Source: Candidatus Latescibacterota bacterium
GTDB lineage: Bacteria; Latescibacterota; UBA2968
NCBI GenBank assembly: GCA_965222605.1
Contig: OZ244960.1
Span: 864,001-928,000 of the forward strand
Length of the DNA stretch: 64,000 bases
Direction of reading: 5' to 3'
In this document: piece after piece, positions 30,480 through 38,075 of the stretch
How the letters are laid out: every line of letters starts with the position of its first letter
Numbering within the stretch: the stretch's first letter is position 1
Translations under genes and position numbers: made by a program
The notes under the pieces: generated by a model
Seen by the model: the letters and a program-made list of their open reading frames with translations, nothing else
Database searches by the model: none
What the model was told of the DNA's origin: nothing

Positions 30480-33400
30480 ATGACGCGCCTTCACACCCCC
30501 ATCCGCATATTATCCTTCCTTTTCCTGTGCGCTTCCCTATTGCACGCCCCCACATGGGCGCAATCTCAGGCAACCACCGGCGTTATCCGCGGCTCTGTGC
30601 GGGATCAGTTTGGCAACCCCATTGGCAATGCCGCCATCGCGCTCAAAGAAACCAGCACCAATTACCAGCGAACCCTCACATCCTCCAATCTGGGGATATT
30701 CACCGCGACCTTGTTGCCCCTGGGTTTTTACGACATAACAGTACAGGCGACGGGACAGGCAGAAGTGCGCCAAACAGGGGTGCAGGTGCGGGTCGGCGAG
30801 ACAGTGGAACTCATCTTCAAAATGGCACTGCAAATGGATGAGGTCGTCATTGAGGCGACGAGACCCGCCGTTGACATCACCCAGAGTGAAACAGCTACGC
30901 GCCTGCCCGAAGAAGCCGTGCAGGACTTGCCCAACAACGGGCGCAATTTTCTCAACCTCACGCTATTGACCCCGGGTGTGAGCATCGTGCAAGGACCTGA
31001 CGGCGATGAATTGACCATTGCCGGGCAGCGCGGCATACACAACAATATCTCGGTAGATGGCGCGGATTTCAACAACCCCTTCTTCGGCGAACAGCGCGGC
31101 GGACAGCGCCCTGCCTTCACCTTTAATCTGGACGCAGTAGCGGAAATCGTAGTCGTGCCCCAGGGAGCCAATGCCGAATTCGGACGCTCCAGCGGCGGCT
31201 TTGTCAATGTCATCACCAAATCGGGCACCAACCAATTCCACGGCTCCGTGCATTTTTTTGGCAAACACGATGCCCTATCCGGCATAGCCAGACACAACGG
31301 GATGGAACGCACGCCCGATTTCAAGCAGGGACAGTTCGGCTTCACTTTGGGTGGCCCGTTAAAAAAGAACAGGGCATTCTTCTTTGCCGCGTACGACCAG
31401 CAGATTTTCAGAGACACCAGACAGAACAATATCGAGCGCGGAGATACCCGCCTGCGCCACCTCATGTCCACCGCGTTTAACCTGTCCGATGACTACGGCG
31501 CCATTGACCGCACCAATGATGCCCGCGCTTTTCTACTCAAAGTCGATTACCATCTGTCGGACGAGCACTCCGCCACCTTCAAATACAATTACACCTGGTC
31601 CGAACAGAAAAACGGCACCTTTGATGTTGACTCGTGGGCGCGCAGCGCCAATGCGATTGAAAGGGACTGGTCACACGCTTTCAACGGCAGTCTGGTATCG
31701 CTTCTTTCCACCAGCACGATCAACGAGTTCCGCTTCCAAATCGCCCGGGAAGATCGCCCGCGTCCCTACGGCGGACCGCAGAACCCCAGCACCAGGCGAC
31801 CCTTTCCCGATACGGGCATGGATTTTCTACACGGCTATCGCTTTGGCATGCCCTTCTTTATCCCAGTCGAATACTACGACACACGCATCCAGTTACTCAA
31901 CAATATCTCCATAAGCAAGGGCAATCATCTGATCAAAGCCGGGATCGAGTGGAACCGCGTCGAATCCGTGCAAACCTTTATCGGTTTTGCCAATGGACGC
32001 TACATCTTCAATTCCGTAGATGGCTTTCTCAACTTCGTCAAGCAGGGCAACCGTTATGTCGAATGCTCCGATAGCAGCACCAGCACCACCGGGACCTGTC
32101 CCGACGGAACGGAAATTACCGGGCCTGTCCTCATCTATTTGCAGCAATCCGGCATCGGCGGCCTGAGCGTGGAAGAAGCGGGCACCCAAAATATCCCCCA
32201 GCACGAATTGGCCCTTTTTGTGCAGGACAGTTGGCAGCCCTCGAACAAGCTCACACTCAATTACGGCTTGCGCTGGGAGGCACAGATCCAGCCCGATGTG
32301 ATCACCGATCCAGACGAGGTCTTCTTCGCCGATTTCATTGGCAAAACTGTCACCAATCAGACGGGTACATACCAATTCCCCTCCAATGGCAAAATCCCTT
32401 CTGCCTGGGATATGTTCCAGCCGCGGCTGGGCATAGCTTACGATGTACACGGCGACAATAAGACCCTGTTGCGGGGCAGCGCCGGGATCTACTACGCCCG
32501 CATTCCGGGCTTGAACGTAGCCAGCACCCGCTCGACCAATGGCTCGCGCGGGCAATCCATCTTCCGCTCCAGCGCACTGACGCCCGTATTGGGTCCGCCC
32601 CCGACCTACGGCGAATTGTTGCCCGCGCCCACAGGAGATCCCTTCCGCCCCAATATCTTTGTCTTCGACCAAAATTTTAAAAACCCCCGCACCATCAGCA
32701 CGCATGTGGGCCTTGAACGCGAGTTGCATGCAAAGGGGGTAGTCGGTACCTTCGGTTATACATACTCCCGCGCCGACAATCTAACGCGCTTTGTCAACCA
32801 CAACGATGCGGTCTTCAATTCACCCTGGTCAACGGGTTCAGGTCCCGATGGTATCAACGGCATCGGCGACTTGGCCGTGGTCGAGAGCACAGCTAAATCG
32901 CGCTACCACGGCATCAGCTTTGGGCTGCGCCAGATGGTGCAAGACAATTTCCAGTTCCAGATGAATTATACCCTGTCGTGGGACAAATCCGACGACGACA
33001 ACGAGCGAGATCCCTTCACCTTCCGCTACGTCGATGCAACGCAATTGGACCGCGAGTGGGGCTATTCAGACCGCGACCAGCGCCACCGCTTCAATCTGTG
33101 GACCCTTTCCAAATTGCCCGGCGATATATCCCTCAACAATCGCGTAAGCTACTATTCGGCACAACCGACCTCCGCATCCTGCACGGGCAAGCCCACGATT
33201 AACCCCTGGGGCGCGACCTCTGACCGTATATGCGCCGACGGCAACATTATCCAGCGCAACACCCTCCGCAAAGACAATGCGTTTTTCTCATGGGACATGC
33301 GCCTGTCGCGCCCCATCCCACTCGGCAACGGCCAGTTGGAAGCCATCGCTGAGGTCTTCAACCTGCTCAACACAGACAACTTCCGCGACCCCTCCAGCGC

Positions 33401-33488
33401 GGGCTTACTATTCAACTTTGACGGCACCGTCCAATCTGGCCTCGGCGACCCACGCGAAGTACAAATCGGCATACGCTACGTTTTTTGA
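30480..33488 (+). CDS. TonB-dependent receptor (Oar-like) with N-terminal carboxypeptidase-regulatory-like domain
   Basis: Signal peptide; LPNNGRNFLNLTLLTPGV plug; AEFGRSSGGFVNVITKSGTN; C-terminal QIGIRYVF. Confidence 0.95.
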   Translation: MTRLHTPIRILSFLFLCASLLHAPTWAQSQATTGVIRGSVRDQFGNPIGNAAIALKETSTNYQRTLTSSNLGIFTATLLPLGFYDITVQATGQAEVRQTGVQVRVGETVELIFKMALQMDEVVIEATRPAVDITQSETATRLPEEAVQDLPNNGRNFLNLTLLTPGVSIVQGPDGDELTIAGQRGIHNNISVDGADFNNPFFGEQRGGQRPAFTFNLDAVAEIVVVPQGANAEFGRSSGGFVNVITKSGTNQFHGSVHFFGKHDALSGIARHNGMERTPDFKQGQFGFTLGGPLKKNRAFFFAAYDQQIFRDTRQNNIERGDTRLRHLMSTAFNLSDDYGAIDRTNDARAFLLKVDYHLSDEHSATFKYNYTWSEQKNGTFDVDSWARSANAIERDWSHAFNGSLVSLLSTSTINEFRFQIAREDRPRPYGGPQNPSTRRPFPDTGMDFLHGYRFGMPFFIPVEYYDTRIQLLNNISISKGNHLIKAGIEWNRVESVQTFIGFANGRYIFNSVDGFLNFVKQGNRYVECSDSSTSTTGTCPDGTEITGPVLIYLQQSGIGGLSVEEAGTQNIPQHELALFVQDSWQPSNKLTLNYGLRWEAQIQPDVITDPDEVFFADFIGKTVTNQTGTYQFPSNGKIPSAWDMFQPRLGIAYDVHGDNKTLLRGSAGIYYARIPGLNVASTRSTNGSRGQSIFRSSALTPVLGPPPTYGELLPAPTGDPFRPNIFVFDQNFKNPRTISTHVGLERELHAKGVVGTFGYTYSRADNLTRFVNHNDAVFNSPWSTGSGPDGINGIGDLAVVESTAKSRYHGISFGLRQMVQDNFQFQMNYTLSWDKSDDDNERDPFTFRYVDATQLDREWGYSDRDQRHRFNLWTLSKLPGDISLNNRVSYYSAQPTSASCTGKPTINPWGATSDRICADGNIIQRNTLRKDNAFFSWDMRLSRPIPLGNGQLEAIAEVFNLLNTDNFRDPSSAGLLFNFDGTVQSGLGDPREVQIGIRYVF

Positions 33489-33512
33489 TTGCAGTAAGAG
33501 AGGAGATGAAAA

Positions 33513-34127
33513 ATGGGTGAGTTTCAATCAGCGCAACGCGACCCGGAGCCACTTAAGCCTGAAACCTGCTTTACTCACAAGGGCCAACCGACCTCCTTTT
33601 CGGTACTGGACTTCTGGGTCTGGGCAACTTCCGACGTCTTGAACAACATTCTGCGTGGCACGGTCGCGGAATACATCGTAAGTCAGGCCACCAGGGCATG
33701 TGCGCCGGTCCGAGTCGAGTGGGATCCCGTCGATATAACGACACCCGAGGGGATTAAAATCGAAGTCAAGTCAGCCGCTTACCTTCAGTCCTGGCATCAG
33801 GATCGACCATCTGCAATTTCATTCGGTATCGCAAAGACACTTCCCTGGGATCCGAAAACAAACCAGTACGGAGAAACGCAAGTTCGCAGTGCCGATGTGT
33901 ATGTCTTTTGTGTTCTCGCTCATTTGGACGACCAGACCATCAACCCTCTTGAACTGACGCAGTGGGAGTTTTATATTCTACCAACGAGCACGCTTGATTC
34001 TTCTCTTGGGAACCAGAAGACCGTCTCGCTCTCGCGTCTAAAAGGGCTGGGAGTCAGAGCACTGGGTTATGACCAAATCCGCAACGCCGTTCTGAAAGCG
34101 CACAATGATGGACAGAATAGCACATAA
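33513..34127 (+). CDS. Putative PD-(D/E)xK-type nuclease, stand-alone
   Basis: RGTVAEYIV...WDPVDI...IEVKSAAYLQSW fits the E...PD...ExK arrangement. Confidence 0.65.
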   Translation: MGEFQSAQRDPEPLKPETCFTHKGQPTSFSVLDFWVWATSDVLNNILRGTVAEYIVSQATRACAPVRVEWDPVDITTPEGIKIEVKSAAYLQSWHQDRPSAISFGIAKTLPWDPKTNQYGETQVRSADVYVFCVLAHLDDQTINPLELTQWEFYILPTSTLDSSLGNQKTVSLSRLKGLGVRALGYDQIRNAVLKAHNDGQNST

Positions 34128-34166
34128 CAACATGGAACTCGTTCGTTACGTTTTTTGACTGTTTGT

Positions 34167-34210
34167 AATCAAATACCTTGACAGAATCTAAAACTCGGCT
34201 ACTTTGCAGT
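34167..34210 (+). promoter_or_regulatory. Repeated sigma70-like promoter module, copy 1
   Basis: AATCAAATACCTTGACA-N16-TACTTT; similar copies at 35882-35925 and 36598-36635. Confidence 0.7.
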
Positions 34211-34307
34211 TTATATGGCGGCTTTAGCAAGCCGGGTAGGTCAAGCGAGTACAGTTCCTCGCTATAAGGGATAGGCCTTTTGCCACGATGCAACAGGGGG
34301 ACCATTT

Positions 34308-34589
34308 ATGGATACGCACGACAATAATTCGACTGATGTCCGGACGATCAAGGCATCGGAGTTCAAGACCAAATGCCTCAAGCTAATGGACGAGGTTGCC
34401 GACAGCGGCACCGAAATTGTCATTACCAAGAATGGCCGACCTGTGTCGCGTCTCGTTCCCTATCGCGAGAAGAATTTTGGCAGGGATCGGGACAAAATTC
34501 GCATTCTCGGCGACATTATTGAACCGATCGGCGTAACGTGGGATGCAGAGAAGGGGAAGACGTGGGAGGAGGAAGATGATACTGCTTGA
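34308..34589 (+). CDS. Phd/YefM-family antitoxin
   Basis: IKASEFKTKCLKLMDEVA...IVITKNGRPVSRLVP. Confidence 0.93.
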   Translation: MDTHDNNSTDVRTIKASEFKTKCLKLMDEVADSGTEIVITKNGRPVSRLVPYREKNFGRDRDKIRILGDIIEPIGVTWDAEKGKTWEEEDDTA

Positions 34590-34974
34590 TACCCATGTGC
34601 TACTGTGGCTAAGAACAGGGGACGCTCGACTGGGGCCAATGGCTCGCCGAGTGATTGGTCGTGCAGAAAACGAAGGCGAAGTAGCGGTCTCCGCGATTTC
34701 GTTTTGGGAAACCGCAATGCTACAGGACAAGGGGCGAATTGAAATGAATGAAGATGTTGGTTCATGGCGTCGCTTGCTCCTTGACCAAGGCATTGTCGAG
34801 ATCGCTGTTAACGGCGAAATCGGCATTCGAGCTGTCGGTCTAAGAGACTTCCACGCTGACCCGGCGGATCGTTTGATTGTTGCTACCGCCATGGCCGGAC
34901 ATCAGTTAGTGACGGCAGACCGACGAATTCTCAATTGGTCCGGTACAGTAAACCGCCTCCGAGCCGCGGACTAA
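34576..34974 (+). CDS. vapC: VapC/PIN-domain toxin
   Basis: MILLDTHVLLW, SAISFWE, HADPADRLIVATA and LVTADRRI; overlaps the antitoxin gene. Confidence 0.94.
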   Translation: MILLDTHVLLWLRTGDARLGPMARRVIGRAENEGEVAVSAISFWETAMLQDKGRIEMNEDVGSWRRLLLDQGIVEIAVNGEIGIRAVGLRDFHADPADRLIVATAMAGHQLVTADRRILNWSGTVNRLRAAD

Positions 34975-35029
34975 CTTCCGCGCCCCTTCCAGCGCGGACC
35001 TGCTGTTCAACTTTGACGACACCGTGCAG
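34973..35029 (+). repeat. Diverged copy of the TonB receptor 3' coding end (33378-33434)
   Basis: 48/57 nt identical by manual alignment; reads NFRAPSSADLLFNFDDTVQ versus NFRDPSSAGLLFNFDGTVQ. Confidence 0.88.
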
Positions 35030-35177
35030 TTATCTGACTCACCAACTGTGCTACGAACTGTGCTACGAATGACCCATATTTCTAATTCTACGTAACATAT
35101 CTTGTGTCTGATTCGCTTTTGTGCAAGATGATCAATTCAATAGAATTATTGTTTTATAGCTCTATAGCCATCGAATT

Positions 35178-35459
35178 ATGCCTATCAATACCACCCAATG
35201 GGATTCAGCAGAGTACCTCAAAACTGAAGAAGATGTGCAGTTATATCTGGTAGCATGCCTTGAAGAAGCAGGTGATGACCCCGCTTTTATAGCCCATGCA
35301 TTGGGTGTAATCAATCGAGCCAAAAATATGAGTCAGTTCGAGAGCATCAAACAAGGATTAACAGAAGCGATTGAGCACGCGGCAGGCCAGGAAAGTGAAG
35401 CGGTTGTGCATCCCCCACGCCCCCCTGATGTAAAATCTAAAAATAAAAAAGCCCGATGA
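35178..35459 (+). pseudogene. Chimeric antitoxin remnant: addiction-module antidote N-terminus fused to the N-terminus of an HTH antitoxin
   Basis: WDSAEYLKTEED...AFIAHALGVI followed by MSQFESIKQGLTEAIEHA; neither HTH is present. Confidence 0.65.
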
Positions 35460-35503
35460 CCAAATAGGTCCCCGGGCTTAATAATCCTGGTTTCATCTAC
35501 CAG

Positions 35504-35731
35504 CTATATCTCAGTCAATTCAGGAACATGTTCCTCTTCATATTTCTCAATCAGCACACCAATAACTTCCATCAATGAGGCGAGGGGATGATCTTCATTC
35601 TCGCCTACCACATCAATCAAATCGTCCAGTATAGCCACAAGCCGTTGATATTCGCCCTCTTCATGGGGGACGAACACCACAGAGTTTAGCACGGGCCATA
35701 CATCTTGAGCGGTTTGTATTTCTGCTACCAT
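35504..35731 (-). CDS. HigA-like antitoxin N-terminal domain (no HTH)
   Basis: EYQRLVAILDDLID...HPLASLMEVIGVLIEKYEEEH. Confidence 0.8.
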   Translation of the reverse strand: MVAEIQTAQDVWPVLNSVVFVPHEEGEYQRLVAILDDLIDVVGENEDHPLASLMEVIGVLIEKYEEEHVPELTEI

Positions 35732-35734
35732 AAT

Positions 35735-35824
35735 CTACTCTTTCCATTTCTCTTTATCGTACTCATCGTGCATTAGAACTGCATGAATGTAAATTTTCTG
35801 TGGGTTGTAATGTATTGCTGCGAT
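35735..35824 (-). pseudogene. HigB toxin C-terminal remnant
   Basis: The reverse strand reads IAAIHYNPQKIYIHAVLMHDEYDKEKWKE*; its 5' part is replaced by a Uma2 3'-end copy. Confidence 0.8.
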
Positions 35825-35825
35825 G

Positions 35826-35874
35826 CCCATATTGCAAGGACTCACTTTGAATCTCGACGACATATTTTAAGTGC
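35826..35874 (+). repeat. Direct repeat of the Uma2 gene 3' end (36546-36594)
   Basis: CCCATATTGCAAGGA(C/T)TCACTTTGAATCTCGACGA(C/A)ATATTTTAAGTGC, 47/49 identical. Confidence 0.92.
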
Positions 35875-36041
35875 TCATTGGAATCAAATACCTTGACAAA
35901 AGTTAAAAATCGGCTATTTCTTAGTTGGATGTAATCAATCGCTTGAGACAAAAATATGAGCCCTTTTACGAGTATCAAACAGAAGCGATTGAACACGCAG
36001 CAGGCCATGCAAGCAACGCATCATCAGAGAGGACGACAACC

Positions 36042-36590
36042 ATGGCTATCCCAAATCCCATCGTCAAATTTACCTACGACGATTACCTGAACACGCCAGA
36101 CGACAAGCGTTACGAACTTCTGGACGGAGAATTGGTTATGCCCCCTGCACCGGGAGAATTTCATCAAAGCGTCTCCATCCAACTGGGGGCAAAACTGTTC
36201 CTATTCACATCTGAACATAGCCTGGGGCGGGTCTATCACGCGCCCTTCGACGTGGTGCTATCGGATATAGATGTGGTGCAACCCGATCTGATCTTCGTCT
36301 CCAATGAGCGTGCGCACATCATCACCCCCGCGAATATTCAGGGCGCGCCGGACCTCGTCGTCGAAATCCTATCCCCTTCCACAGCCGCACGCGACAAGAC
36401 CTTCAAGCGCAGCCTATATGCCAGGCACGGCATAACCGAGTACTGGATGGTCGATCTCACCACAAAAACCATAACAATATTGCGCCTTGGCGAGCGCGGA
36501 TTCGAGGTAGTCGATACCTACGGCGAAGGGGAAATATTGACTTCACCCATATTGCAAGGATTCACTTTGAATCTCGACGAAATATTTTAA
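36042..36590 (+). CDS. Uma2 (DUF820) family endonuclease
   Basis: RYELLDGEL, VQPDLIFV, GAPDLVVEILSPST and K..LYARHGITEYWMVD. Confidence 0.95.
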   Translation: MAIPNPIVKFTYDDYLNTPDDKRYELLDGELVMPPAPGEFHQSVSIQLGAKLFLFTSEHSLGRVYHAPFDVVLSDIDVVQPDLIFVSNERAHIITPANIQGAPDLVVEILSPSTAARDKTFKRSLYARHGITEYWMVDLTTKTITILRLGERGFEVVDTYGEGEILTSPILQGFTLNLDEIF

Positions 36591-36622
36591 GTGCCTGATA
36601 GCCTTGACAACATCTAAAAGTT

Positions 36623-36662
36623 CGGCTATTTTGCAATCCCACTGCAAAATAGCCGCTTTTTT
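36623..36662 (+). terminator. Terminator overlapping promoter-module copy 3
   Basis: Perfect 13-bp inverted repeat CGGCTATTTTGCA/TGCAAAATAGCCG followed by a T run. Confidence 0.85.
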
Positions 36663-36733
36663 CTACCCAAAATGTATATTACCCGCACTCTTGAGTCCTT
36701 TGTAGCATCTTCCCGATTTCCCATCTCATCTTA

Positions 36734-37702
36734 ATGATACCCGACCTCTTACCCTTAAAACCCTACCTCCGCGAAACCGTCTGGGGGGGACGCAGCCTGG
36801 GGACACACTACAACAAAGCACTTCCCCTAGATGTGCCTATTGGCGAATCGTGGGAAGTCTCGGCATACAAAGGGATGGAAAGCATTGTTGCAGACGGCCC
36901 ACTTGCCGGACAAAACCTCGCCGACCTCGTCGCAACTTATGGCGCAGACCTCCTCGGACAGCGCGTTATCGAGCGTTACGGCACCGAGTTCCCATTGCTG
37001 ATCAAACTCCTCGATGCGCGCGACGACCTCTCCATCCAGGTACACCCCAACGATACCTACACCCGTGCAAAAAACCTGGGCACTTATGGAAAAACAGAAG
37101 CGTGGTACATACTCAAATCAGACCATGGGCGCGTGGCTTGTGGCCTGAAAGACGGCGTTGACAAACACAGCTTTGAATCATCCATCCGCGAAAACCGCGT
37201 ACAGGACACCGTGCAATTCTTCGATGTACAGGAAGGCGATGTGATCTTCGTACCCCCCGGCACAGTACACGCCCTGTGCCAGAACGTCATGATCTACGAA
37301 GTACAGCAATCCAGCGACCTCACCTTTCGCATCTACGACTACAACCGCCCCGGCACCGACGGCAAGCCGCGCGAACTCCACATTGACCGCGCCCTCGACG
37401 TCATCGCCTTTGACGCACCCGCGCCAAAACCGCAACACCACAGCCATCTCGCAACCGACGCAAACACCACACTCATCGGCGCGGAAGACACCGAATACTT
37501 CCGCCTCGAACGCTTCGCCCCTGCAGGCACCATCCAGCACACCTATCCCACATTCGCGGCACTCACCATCCTCACCGGTCAGGCACGACTAAACGAAACC
37601 TTCACCGCTCAAACAGGCGACACTTTCTTCATCCCGGCCAATCGCACCATCACCGTCTCACCTGAAGAACAGGTGGAATATTTGATCTCATCCTGTGGGT
37701 AA
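36734..37702 (+). CDS. manA: Mannose-6-phosphate isomerase class I
   Basis: VWGG, GESWEVS, FPLLIKLLDA, LSIQVHP, KTEAWY and EVQQSSDLTFRIYDYNR. Confidence 0.95.
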   Translation: MIPDLLPLKPYLRETVWGGRSLGTHYNKALPLDVPIGESWEVSAYKGMESIVADGPLAGQNLADLVATYGADLLGQRVIERYGTEFPLLIKLLDARDDLSIQVHPNDTYTRAKNLGTYGKTEAWYILKSDHGRVACGLKDGVDKHSFESSIRENRVQDTVQFFDVQEGDVIFVPPGTVHALCQNVMIYEVQQSSDLTFRIYDYNRPGTDGKPRELHIDRALDVIAFDAPAPKPQHHSHLATDANTTLIGAEDTEYFRLERFAPAGTIQHTYPTFAALTILTGQARLNETFTAQTGDTFFIPANRTITVSPEEQVEYLISSCG

Positions 37703-37706
37703 ATCG

Positions 37707-37970
37707 CTAAACCTGTGCTTCGCCGTAGAGGTCAATGCGGGCGCGGAGGGATGGCTTGATGAAAACATCATCGAGGGGCAATTTGGAAAAGGCGTGTGCG
37801 AGAATATCGACCTGCGTGGGCACATCGAGGCGGTAATCGAGAATCAGGCGCTGTTCCCCGCGCACGACACACAGACCACCGGTACCACCCATGAGGTCTT
37901 CGCGGAATAAGGGGATATTCAGGCGATGGGCAAGGGCTTCAAATTCTTGAAGAAGTTGGGAATCGGTCAT
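37707..37970 (-). CDS. Small hypothetical protein
   Basis: MTDSQLLQEFEALAHRLNI...GGLCVVRGE...LDDVFIKPSLR. Confidence 0.75.
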   Translation of the reverse strand: MTDSQLLQEFEALAHRLNIPLFREDLMGGTGGLCVVRGEQRLILDYRLDVPTQVDILAHAFSKLPLDDVFIKPSLRARIDLYGEAQV

Positions 37971-38042
37971 GAGGTAGAAAGTTGAGAGATAGAGGAAGTT
38001 TGTACCTGATATTGCAAATATAGCCAATTAAAAAAAAAGCAC

Positions 38043-38074
38043 AAATGGATCGGCGAAGGCCGGTCCATTTTTTT
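38043..38074. terminator. Hairpin terminator after the DUF2357 gene
   Basis: AAATGGATCGGC-GAAG-GCCGGTCCATTT flanked by A and T runs. Confidence 0.75.
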
Positions 38075-38075
38075 A

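Noticed and set aside
30728-33472. Several long minus-strand ORFs
   Set aside because: Antisense shadows of the GC-rich TonB receptor gene.
33489-36733. Integron or prophage interpretation of the TA/nuclease hotspot
   Set aside because: No integrase, no phage genes and no attC-like RYYYAAC...GTTRRRY hairpins were recognised.
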